Shown: positions 1 through 10,071 of the stretch, in pieces
Numbering within the stretch: position 1 is the stretch's first letter
Layout: the number at the start of each line of letters is the position of its first letter
From: Mesotaenium endlicherianum
Lineage: Eukaryota
DNA: 47,449 bases
Assembly (NCBI GenBank): GCA_009602735.1
Contig: WELA01002286.1
Location: 51,203-98,651, forward strand
Direction of reading: 5' to 3'
Program-made: the position numbers and the translations under genes
Notes under the pieces: model-generated
Database searches by the model: none
What the model saw: the letters and a program-made list of their open reading frames with translations, nothing else
Told to the model about the DNA's origin: nothing

Positions 1-310
1 CTCCCTCCCTCCCTCCCTCCCTGCCACCTTTTCTTTTTCGCTTCCTCCTCACCTCCCTTCCTTCATCTCTCCCTCCCTTCTCCCCCTATCCTCTCTCTCC
101 CTCTATCCCTTCCCAATCTCCCTCCCAATCTCCCTCGCCTCCCGTCGTCCCTCGCTTTTCCTTCTCCCTCGCTCACTCTGCCGCTCCTCTGTCGCTCCCC
201 TAATCCCTGCTTGCTCCCTCACTCGGTCCCTCCAAACCTTCTTCGTTTTGCTCCGTCCCAACATCCCTCCATCTGTCGCTCCCTGCCTCTTACCCAACCT
301 CCCTCACTCT
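1..310. repeat. Pyrimidine-rich (CT) low-complexity tract
   Basis: Starts with (CTCC)n and continues almost entirely C/T on the + strand. Confidence 0.8.
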
Positions 311-584
311 CGGGTTTGGTGGCTACAATTGAATTCGTTCCTCTGCGCAGTGAACCAAAATCCATCAGCAACTACAAGGCTGCAAGCGAGCGATATCGGT
401 TTTGCAATTTTTTGAAGTTCCCGTCGTTGCAGCAAAGCTGCCACATTGTACTAAGAAATTCCAATCGCGTCGACCGATACGTTTTTCAGACTCACAAGTG
501 GAAGAACCCCGACGCTCACGCACATGAAGAACGACGTAACGTCCCTGGCCGGCACGCACGAGTGAAACAATTCTCGTCCGCTTA

Positions 585-645
585 GTTCGGCGAACCGACT
601 CAGTTCGCTTAATTAAGCGTACGAAGGTCGGCCAGTTCGGCGAAC
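585..645. repeat. Palindromic cassette next to the truncation point of element B1
   Basis: GTTCGGCGAAC at 585-595 and 635-645 flanks the perfect palindrome CGCTTAATTAAGCG at 606-619. Confidence 0.7.
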
Positions 646-656
646 GGCGTAACCCA

Positions 657-2620
657 GGTTCTCCCTCCTCAACAGCTTGAGCTTCTTCTGACAGTGAGTC
701 AGAGCTAGACAATCTGTAATCACCTTAAAAGCTATACCATGTAAGTATGCTCTCCACTGTTTGAGCACATGAATGATAGCTAGCAGCTCTTTATCATGCA
801 CTGAGTAATTAATCTCCGCTGGATTAAATTTCATAGACTCGTACAAACCAGGTTGCTACTCCTGCCTTACCTTACCATCCTTTGTGGTTTTGTCAGCAAG
901 CTGCAACAAAATAGCAACCATGGCAAAGTCAGAGCCATCAGTAACCACCCCCACCGGTTTGCTGGGGTCATACACGGCTAGCACTGGGGCAGAACAAAGG
1001 GCATCTTTAAGGGTCTGGAAGGCAGCCTGCTGCACTTCCCCCCACACATACCCTATGTCTTTCTTAGTAAGGTCAGTCAGTTTACTGGCTTTTGTAGAAT
1101 AGTTCTCAATAAATCTCCTATAGTAGTTGGCCAACTCGAGGAAGGATCTAACTTCAGAGTCAGACTGTGGTACTGGCCAGTTGCTTATGGTCTGGACTTT
1201 CTTAGGATCCACACTGATGCCTACTGTACTGACAACGTGGCCTAAGAAGTCAATACTCTCCTTAAAGAAATCACACTTGCTCATATGAGCATATAAGTGA
1301 TTTCTTCTCAGAGTGTCCATGATTGTGTTAAGTGTTCAGCGAGCTGAGCTTCATCTTTATAGAAAATTGAAACATCATCCAAGAAAACTTGCTCAAACTT
1401 ATCCAAATAAGGTCCAAAAATGTCGTGCATAGCACCCATGAAGGTCGAAATAGCATTAGTCAGTCCAAATGGCATCACGTTGAACTCATTGTGTCCATAA
1501 CGTGTGCGAAAGGCAGTCTTGTGTTCTTCCGCCTCAGCAACTTTGATTTGATGATAACCACTCTTGAGATCTATCTTACTGAACACCTTAGCACCAGACA
1601 GGGTATCGAGCAAGTCCTCGATTTTGGGTAAAGCATACTTGTTGTTTACTATAATTTTGTTTAGAGCTCTGTAATCCACACACATCCGCATACTTCCATC
1701 CTTTTTCTTAACAAATAAGATGGGTGCGCCGTAAGGTGACATACTGGGGGAAATATAACCATTTTCTTCAAGCTCTGCAATCTGTGTTTCCAACTCCTCG
1801 CTCTCCACATAAGACAAGCCATTAGTGCGTTGCCTGGGTGGCTGACTCCAGGTAATGAATCTATCCTATCATCTTCTTCCCTCTTTGAGGGTAGTCCTAG
1901 AGGCATATTAGAAATATCCGTGTATTGAGCAACAATTTTTGCTGCAGTAGGGTGCTCCGGAGGGCTTACCTTTTTCTCCACCACTTCTTCAGGTTGAGGA
2001 GGTACCTCTCTTAGCACCAGACAGAACATTATGTCTTCCTTCTGGTTCCAGCTTTTGACGAACTCCATTGCATTCAGCAACTTGCATCCTTCTGGAAGCC
2101 TCTTCTATTCCTTCATTTGCCATCCATACAAGACAAGAGGAAGAGCACTGGTGGGTGCCAAGTTAGTTTGCCCATCACTGGCTCCTCTCACTTTAACTGT
2201 ACCTCTACTCCAACACACTTCAGCTTGATGTCTGTTAAGCCAGGACCTGCCTAGCACGAGATCATAAAAGCCAGTCTTGAGTATCTCAAATGTAAGCGAT
2301 TCAGTTAGAACTGCAATGCCAGAACCTAACTGGACCTCAAAAGGCTTGGTTATAATTTCTCCCGAGATACTTGAGGCATCTCCAAGGAATATTTTTCTAT
2401 TTCCGTGGGTGAGAGTATGCAGCCTTAGCCGCTTAACTAAGTTCTTATGGATAAAAGTATGTGACGCCCCTGCGTCAACAAATGCCCTCACCTTCCCGCC
2501 TCTAGTCATGCAGTGCAGTAGGATAGGAAGGACTGTCTTGTCCTGACTTTGGCATTGTTCTCTTGACTTAGCAAAGAAGTATTGGACATCAGGTGCAACA
2601 AGATCATCCAGAGCGTGCAC
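657..2620 (-). pseudogene. pol: B1 pol remnant (protease, RT, RNase H)
   Basis: Motifs [41 protein letters not shown] and YSVHDKELLAII are split across frames by stops and frameshifts. Confidence 0.9.
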
Positions 2621-3806
2621 TCTCTAGAGGTATATATTGCTGATGGTCTCCTTTACCTGGTTGTCAGGCATGCATAGTGAATCCAGTTCAGCAGGACCCA
2701 TAATACCTGCTACAGGGCAGCTAGTGACGACTCACTATCTCTAGCATCCTCACAATCAGTAGACTAGATTACTGACAGTTGCTGGCTTTTAAACACGGGT
2801 TCTTTCTCTTGATTTTGGGAAGGTGCTTGACGGGACACTGCTCTTTGTAGTGGCCCAACTGCTGGCAATGGTAGCAAACAGATTTTGATGAGGCTGGTCT
2901 CGGCTTAGTCCTACCACCACCTCTTCCATAGCCGCCTCGAGAGAAACCACCTCTTCTATTCCTTCATTTGCCATCCATACAAGACAAGAGGAAGAGCACT
3001 GGTGGGTGCCAAGTTAGTTTGCCCATCACTGGCTCCTCTCACTTTAACTGTACCTCTACTCCAACACACTTCAGCTTGATGTCTGTTAAGCCAGGACCTG
3101 CCTAGCACGAGATCATAAAAGCCAGTCTTGAGTATCTCAAATGTAAGCGATTCAGTTAGAACTGCAATGCCAGAACCTAACTGGACCTCAATAGGCTTGG
3201 TTATAACTCCTCCCGGGATACTTGAGGCATCTCCAAGGAATATTTTTCTATTCCCTTGGGTGACAGTAGGCAGCCATAGCCGCTTAACTAAGTTCTTATG
3301 AATAAAAGTATGTGACGCCCCTCCGTCAACAAATGCCGTCACCTTCTCACTTGTAGTCATGCAGTTCAGTAGGATAGGAAGGACTCTCTTGTCCTGACTT
3401 TGGCATTGTTCTCCTGACTTAGCAAAGAAGTATTGAACATCAGGTGGAACAAGATCATCTAGAGCGTGCACTCTCTAGAGGTCTATATTGCTAGTGGTCT
3501 CCTTTATCTGGTTGTCCGGCATGCATAGTGAATCCCGTTCAGCAGGACCCATAAAACCTGCTAAGAGGGCAGCTAGCGACGACTCGCTATCTCTAGCATC
3601 CTCACAATCAGTAGACTAGATTACTGACTTTTACTGTCTTTTAAAGACTGGTCCTTTCTCTTGACCTTGGGAAGGTGCTTGACAGGACACTGCTCTCTAT
3701 AGTGGCCCAACTGTTGGCAATAGTAGCAAACAGATTTTGCTGAGGCTGGTCTCGGCTTAGTCCTACCACCACCTCTTCCATAGCCGCCTCGAGAGAAACC
3801 ACCTCT
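2099..3806 (-). repeat. About 851-bp tandem duplication of the gag end and protease inside B1
   Basis: ORFs 2105-2620 and 2956-3471 are paralogous. The junction at 2950-2954 has CCTCT microhomology. Confidence 0.9.
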
Positions 3807-5066
3807 ACCTTTAGACTGTATAGCATTATACTCATACTCGTATTCCTCACCCTGATCATCCTCAGCCTGGTCTCCTTCACTTGCATTGTAGGAACCGTGG
3901 GGCTTTTTGACAATCTTAGACACCGAAGCATTACTCTAGCGCTTGTGATTCAACTGCTGCTGATCCCAGGCATCAGCATCCTGGATCAAGTGAGCCAATT
4001 TCTCATACTTCTTCTCAGCAAAATAACCAGAGACTTAGGAATTCAAGCCATATCTGAAGTATGCTATCCTATACCGTTCGGGCAAGTCTGGTTGTTTCGT
4101 CATGTTGTCCTGAAACTTTTGAGCAAACTCAGCAACTGAAGTGGTCCGCTTCAGTGTCAGGGAGACCATCGCATAGATAGCTTTCTCCTGCTGGTTGATG
4201 ACATCAAACTTCTTATGCAACTTCTCGACAAACTCTACCCACGTTGGGTCACCAAGTTGCAGAGCCTTACGCTCTCCTTTCAGTAGCGCACCAGTGTGCC
4301 TGACCTTCTCGTAATCTTGCAACTCTGGGTAATTCTCCAGCCACTGCACAACATCAGCGAGAAACTTGATCAGGTAATATTTCTGGTTTCCCTCAGGATT
4401 GTAGTCCTGGGGAGGTTTTGGCTTAGGCTTACTAGGCCCTCTGCCACCACCACCAGTGGTTTGGGAACCCAGTTGGTCTCTGTCCCGCAGGAGAGACTTT
4501 ATGGTTCTTTTGTCCTCCTGTTGGGACTGATACATGATCGCCATTTGCGACTGCATTTAAACGAACAATGCTCCCAAGTCTACACTCTAGGGTGGAAGTC
4601 TAGCAAATGCAACAGCAGCAGTGGCATCTAGTCGCTGAGTAATGTTCTCAACAGTCCCTTTTGCTCCTGCAGCAGCAATTCCTGCCGCATTCAGCCGGTC
4701 ACAAATTTGACCCAAGGGTACATTGAGTTGTACAGCATGAGGTGGGTTGAGAACATTGGCCCTTGATGCCATTTGTTCTTTGACAGTGCGCTCGTCCGCT
4801 GGCTATCCTCCCCTCCTTTCTGGACCTTCAGCGACTTTTGCTAATCGCTCAGCTTCTTATCTGGCTCTCTCCTCCTCAGCTTGGTGTGCTGCGACCGCGG
4901 CAATTGCAGCTGCCTTTTCTGCAGCCTCTCTAGCTGCAGTATCTGCCACCGCTTCAGAATAGGTACTGGTTCTCGCTACATGGCTTTCCGCCTGATTTTT
5001 GACATTCTCGTTGTCCTAGTTCTCCATGTCTCGGGAGTTGCTACTTTGAGACCTTGTCCTTACCAT
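3621..5066 (-). pseudogene. gag: B1 gag remnant
   Basis: Starts MVRTRSQ like B2 gag and ends with the zinc knuckle CYYCQQLGHYREQC. Internal stops and frameshifts are present. Confidence 0.88.
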
Positions 5067-5087
5067 ACAAAGAAAACTGTGATAACC

Positions 5088-5099
5088 GCTCCGATACCA
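5088..5099 (-). promoter_or_regulatory. Primer-binding site (tRNA-iMet type) of B1
   Basis: TGGTATCGGAGC on the - strand, 1 nt from the LTR. Confidence 0.88.
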
Positions 5100-5100
5100 C

Positions 5101-5819
5101 TGAAATGAATCGACTTACCAAATAGGCGAATAACAATTAATAAAGATCTTTATATTAGCAAGTAATCTTTATGGTATTTTTCGTTAATTGATATAACAGC
5201 AAAGAACAATACACTAGCACTGAATAAGACTCGTAAACCAAATGCAAGTAAACTAGCATCAATAATGCAATCAGTAAACTCATACATAAGCAAGGTTGGA
5301 AAACAGTGCGTATCAATGGCTTCTCGCCTTGGATTCAGATCTCTCTAAGTAAGCTGTACAAGAGAGTTGGCCTCGTTTCCGAATGCCGAACTCCAGAGCA
5401 ATCCTAGCATATGTACATGGAATGAGTTTACTGTTCAACGACCAGTGCGATGGCACCGCCTACCCGGGAGTTAACCACGTTGGTAGGACCTCGATTAACC
5501 AAATCCACCGCCATCTCCCATCATCTTGAATCGCCATCCATCATAGGGATGTCATCTGGCCATTCATCTAGCATACCACACTTAGATGCATATTGAGGCA
5601 GTTCGCTGCTACCGAGTACGGAAGTCAGCCGGCTGTCAAAGAATGTGTCAGCAAGGTGACTTAAGTTGACTTCAACCTGTTGCGTCCGGCTGAGTCCTTA
5701 AATTGATAATTATATAAAGTCCACCAGACTCACATACTACATAAAGTTCAGCAAGCTGAACTTAATTAATTATTATATTTAATTGAATATTATATCAACC
5801 AATATACTGATTCATTATA
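5101..5819 (-). repeat. B1 5' LTR (about 719 bp)
   Basis: Homologous to 6471-7190 and to 21357-21890 plus 28576-28761, and adjacent to the PBS. Confidence 0.88.
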
Positions 5820-6470
5820 CTGTGTCAACAACTCCTTAATCTTCTCGTAAGCTTGCTGCTCCTTGTCAGTTTATAGCCTGTTCTCCTACTTCTTTAACAT
5901 GTCCGTAAGCGGTGCACACACGTTGGCAAATTCTTCAATGAAATGTCGATAATAATTTGCCAAGGAAACTCTTGAGTTGATGAATGTCATCAAGTTTCGG
6001 CCAATCTTTGACTTCTTCCACCTTCTTCTTCTCCACCTTCTTCTTCTCCACCTTGACTCCTTCTGCTCCCACTATATATCCAAGAAACTCGACTTCCTTG
6101 AGACAGAAGCCACACTTGCTTATCTTCCCATACAGCTTCTGATCTCTCAAGACCTCCAACACCTTCTTGAGATGCTTCACATATTCCTCCAAGGTCTTCA
6201 AATAGATCAAGATGTCGTCCAAAAATACTGCAACAAACTGGTCCACTAAGATCTCAAAATACTGTTCATGAGCCCCATGAACGTAGCACGTGCAATAATC
6301 ACCCCAAAAGCCATGACTCTGAACTTGAACAAACCATAGCGAGTCCTGAATGCAGTCTTCTAAACATCTTCTTCCGCACTTCGAACCTGGCGCTAGCCAC
6401 TCCTTAAATCAATCTTTGAGAAATATTTCACACCAACAAGCCTGTCAATCCACTTGTGGAAGTGGGAACT
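5820..6470 (-). pseudogene. pol: RT fragment of C1 stranded between B1 and B2
   Basis: [20 protein letters not shown]...KLYGKISKCGF matches C2 ORF 35430-36434. Confidence 0.88.
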
Positions 6471-7190
6471 TGAAATGACTCGACTTACCAAGTAGACGAT
6501 TAACAATTAATCAAGATCTTTATATCAGCAAGTAATTTCTATGGTAATTTCTGTTAACTGATTAAACTGCAAAGGACAACACACTTGCAGTGTACAATAC
6601 TTTGTCAGTAAAACGCAAGTAAACGAGCATGAGTAATGCAATCAATAAACTCATACATAAGCAAGGCTAGGAGACAGTGCATATCAATGGCTTCTCGCCT
6701 TGGATTCCGATATCCCTCAGTAAGCTGTACAAGAGAGTTGGCCACGTTTCCAAATGCCGATATCAAAAGCAATACCTAGCATATGTACAAGGAATGAGTT
6801 CTTAGTTCAACGGCAAGTGCCATGGCACCCCCTACCCGGGAGTTAACCATGCTGGAAGGACCTCGGTTAACCAAATCCACCGCCATCTCCCATCATCTCG
6901 AATCGCCATCCATCCTAGGGATGTCATCTGGCCATTCATCTAGCATACCACACTTAGATGCATATCTAGGAAGTTTGCTGCTACCAAGTACGAAAGTCAG
7001 CTGGCTGTCAAACAATGTGTCAGCAAGCTGACTTAAGTTGACTTCAGCCTGCTGCTTCTGGCTGAGTCATTAAATTGATATTTTCCTTAAGTCCAGCAGA
7101 CTTAATATAAACTAGAGTTCAACAAGTTGAACTTTTTTATCTATTATGTTTAAATGAATATTATATTGACCAATATACTGATTCATTACA
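6471..7190 (-). repeat. B2 3' LTR (720 bp)
   Basis: TG...CA ends. Shares diagnostic bases and length with the split LTR at 21357 rather than with the B1 LTR. Preceded on the - strand by short purine-rich GGAGGGA. Confidence 0.85.
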
Positions 7191-7527
7191 ATCCCTCCAG
7201 CTTCACATTTTGTTGCCTGAGGCCTCGACAACACTAACACTGGGTACATGGTTCCTCTAGCTGAAAAAACTGATCTCCCTCCCACCACTTTTTGCTTCAA
7301 CACTGATATCTAACGGTGGGAATCACTAGTAACACCGTGTTGTCCCTTCCACCCTCAGCCTACTGCCATTTATGAGGGAGATGTCCCTGGGGGCCTATGG
7401 TCATGGGAGCTTGAACTCCTCCTGTCTTGGAAGCTCCTGAAGCCTAGGGGATCCGCGTAGGGACCCAGGGGAGAACGCAGTAACTGGGCTATTTCCTCCT
7501 GCACAGTCTGAAAATGAATGAAGGCAC

Positions 7528-8250
7528 TTAACCCGGGCAACCCTCAAAGGTACGTATACCGGCATCCCAGAAGGATGTTGCATGACATGAGCCAAGGGGA
7601 CATGCCCTCTCTGCGAGGAAGATGCTGGCAGGCCTCTGGCTATTTCTCTCGCCGCCCTCCTGTCTGCCCTGTCTGACTGGTTTTCCGCGCCTAGATGGAC
7701 TCTGTACCCTGGCAGTTCCCAACCAAGTGATATCTTCCTCTTCAACGATCTGATGCAAGGCTGTGTCTGTCCTGGTCAACCCAGTCTTCTCCATTATAGA
7801 GGATGTGGCCGATGTCTGGATCACAGCGGGGCTAGTGTCCTCCTCCTTGCCTTCCTCTTCTTCTTCCTCTGACCCCTCCTCCTCTTCTTCCCCTGGTTCC
7901 TCTGAGACTGCTGGTGTCTCCTCTGTCAGCTGCTCCAGCTCTTCTCGAGAAAAAGAATATCCCACTGACCTTCCCCTTTTGGGTGCTGGTAGAAGCTGTT
8001 GAGTCCTGACCGCATACAGGTTTTTTTCTCCCTGCTTGCTTGCCCATTTGGCATAAGCGTGCTTCCCTTTAAAGAATGACTCTCTGCTCCTGTCCTCCTG
8101 CATTTCTTCGCTCATGCAGTCTCTTACTCCATCCTGTCTTGGGTCCCAAGCTGCAATATGAGGAGGCAACACCATGTTCCCCTGTAGGTCTGTTAGGAAA
8201 TCTTTCTCCCCTGCCGTGTCATTTTGCTGGTCCCTCATGTTGATGGTCAT
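7528..8250 (-). pseudogene. 3' part of an extra ORF of unknown function inside B2 (acidic tract)
   Basis: Open for about 240 codons. Joins in frame to 14936-15040 across the A1 target site (...TDWRWMT|INMRDQ...). Confidence 0.6.
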
Positions 8251-8753
8251 TGTAGTGATTTGAGTTATTATATATTGGTATGCATATATTTTAATGTTTT
8301 CAAATATATTTGGAGTGGTATTGTGTGGAGTCAAGTGTGAATAGGTACTCTAGTAACTTGGTTCATGTTTTTTGAACCTTTTAAGGCATTTTCGAAGTTA
8401 GAGGAAAGACCTAGAAGAACTCCATGTGGCAAAAGTCAGATGTGCCATTTTTAGGTCAAAAGGACATGTGTACATTATTCTAGAAAGAGGTGGCAAGTTT
8501 TGGGATGTGTTGGGTGCCAACACATCAAAATACACTTTCCTAGAAATTACTTATGTAGCAAGTATATAAACAAGAGCTAGAACATAGAAAGACATTCCAG
8601 AATCACTCTTGTACTTGCCAAAATCCAGAAATATATTAACTTTCAAGAAGCCATCTCTCTTTCAAGAAGCTACCACTTGTGTTCAAAGATCCTTGTCTTG
8701 AATAGATAAAGTATTCTGTTTTACTAAGTACTTTATCTATCTGTTTCACTACA
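8251..8753 (+). repeat. A1 5' LTR
   Basis: Direct repeat of 14428-14930 with 8-bp terminal inverted repeats and TATATAAA at 8563-8570. Confidence 0.97.
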
Positions 8754-8754
8754 G

Positions 8755-8766
8755 TGGTATCGGAGC
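8755..8766 (+). promoter_or_regulatory. A1 primer-binding site (tRNA-iMet type)
   Basis: TGGTATCGGAGC, 1 nt after the LTR. Confidence 0.93.
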
Positions 8767-8790
8767 TAGGCACTTTGGTAGCACAAGAAG

Positions 8791-10071
8791 ATGGCCGATC
8801 CTCAAGACCAACAGCAAGCTTTCGAAGGAAGCCCTTCCTCTCCAAGACACCCTCCTCCAGCGCCGATGGGAGAGCCCACTCAAGAAAATCTGCAACAACA
8901 AGAAGCACCACAAGGAGGAGCACACCCTCCTCCAGCGTCGATGGGAGAGCCTACTCAAGGAAATCTCCAACAACAAGAAGCACCACAAGGAGGAGCACCG
9001 TCAAATCCCGTGGCAGCCGCTATAGCAAAGTTGACCCCACCACAAGGAGTTCCCGCAAATGAGTGGGCAGCCTTCCTAATGACCGTCCACAACCAAGTGG
9101 GCTTGGCCACCTATGAAGCAACCGTGCAAGCGTCAAGAGAAGCTATGGCTGCCATGGTTGCCCCTATTGCGAGCAATGCTCAAAATCCAGCCCCGGCTCA
9201 AGCGCCTCCACAAGAGCCAACGAGAGCAAGGAAACTCATCAAGCCCGGCAAACCCGACACTTTCAACCCCGGGAAAGGTGCCAACCTGAATTTATGGCTC
9301 TACCAAGTGGAGACGTACCTCGCATTCCTTGAAGTACCCGAGGAGGACTACGTTCCCTTTGCCGTTACCTTACTTAGAGGAGCAGCAACATCATGGTGGC
9401 GTAACTATCAAGCGGCTATATATCAAGCTATGGCGCACCCCATGCTCGGCCAAGAGCCCCCACCATCATATGCAAGATGGGCAGATTTTCGTGAGGCCCT
9501 CAAGAAGCAATTCATGCCCATCAATGCGGAGAAGATTGCCCGAGGAAAGCTCCACCATCTCAAGCAAACGACGTCCGTTCAAGAGTATACATCCAGATTT
9601 CACGCCCTCACTCTTGAGATCCCCAACATGTCTCTCGAGGAGAAGATTGACCGCTACATCTTTGGCCTCAAACCCAAGGTGGCAAAGGAAGTGGAGTTAC
9701 GCGACTTGACGGACTTCTCAAAGATCATTGAAGTGGCCCAAAAGGTGGATACCTTGGATTTCAAGCACTCCGTGCCTTCATCTTCACGGGTACCGACGAC
9801 GCGGGTGTACGCAGCCCCTTCCACATCCGAATCTGGACCCACACCCATGGAAATCGGAGTTATTAAAAGGGACCCCGCGGCTGCCCGGAAGAGTGGAAGA
9901 CCCTCCAATGACACTTATGATGCAAGAAACCAGCAAGGAGTGAAAGCAAGACTCTCCCCGGCTGAAAAAGAAGCTCTCATGACGGCTGGACTATGCTTTT
10001 ATTGCAAGGAAAAGGGCCATCGTGCACTTTCATGCCCCAAAAAGTTGTCAAAAAACGGACAGCGCCGGTAG
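8791..10071 (+). CDS. gag: Gag (426 aa)
   Basis: Retrotransposon gag motifs ([28 protein letters not shown]) and the knuckle [14 protein letters not shown]. Confidence 0.95.
   Translation: MADPQDQQQAFEGSPSSPRHPPPAPMGEPTQENLQQQEAPQGGAHPPPASMGEPTQGNLQQQEAPQGGAPSNPVAAAIAKLTPPQGVPANEWAAFLMTVHNQVGLATYEATVQASREAMAAMVAPIASNAQNPAPAQAPPQEPTRARKLIKPGKPDTFNPGKGANLNLWLYQVETYLAFLEVPEEDYVPFAVTLLRGAATSWWRNYQAAIYQAMAHPMLGQEPPPSYARWADFREALKKQFMPINAEKIARGKLHHLKQTTSVQEYTSRFHALTLEIPNMSLEEKIDRYIFGLKPKVAKEVELRDLTDFSKIIEVAQKVDTLDFKHSVPSSSRVPTTRVYAAPSTSESGPTPMEIGVIKRDPAAARKSGRPSNDTYDARNQQGVKARLSPAEKEALMTAGLCFYCKEKGHRALSCPKKLSKNGQRR

Larger units (their letters stand above)
657..5819 (-). mobile_element. Ty3/gypsy LTR retrotransposon family B, copy B1 (decayed, 3'-truncated in RNase H)
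   Basis: Has a 5' LTR, PBS and gag, protease, RT and RNase H fragments collinear with B2. Similarity to B2 stops at about 657. Confidence 0.9.

Noticed and set aside
103..712. ORFs 103-297, 211-585 and 365-712
   Set aside because: They arise from low-complexity CT sequence or run off-frame from the B1 remnant, with no recognisable motifs.
6015..6055. 15-bp duplication giving KVEKKKVEKKKVEE
   Set aside because: Simple slippage in a dead RT fragment.
6471..7190. Solo LTR interpretation of this LTR
   Set aside because: Its flanks GAACT and ATCCC do not form a TSD. Pairing with the LTR ending at 28761 restores the C1 RT.
7528..8334. 268-aa ORF with its listed N-terminus, or an env call
   Set aside because: The first about 28 codons are antisense A1 LTR, and no signal peptide or transmembrane segment is visible.
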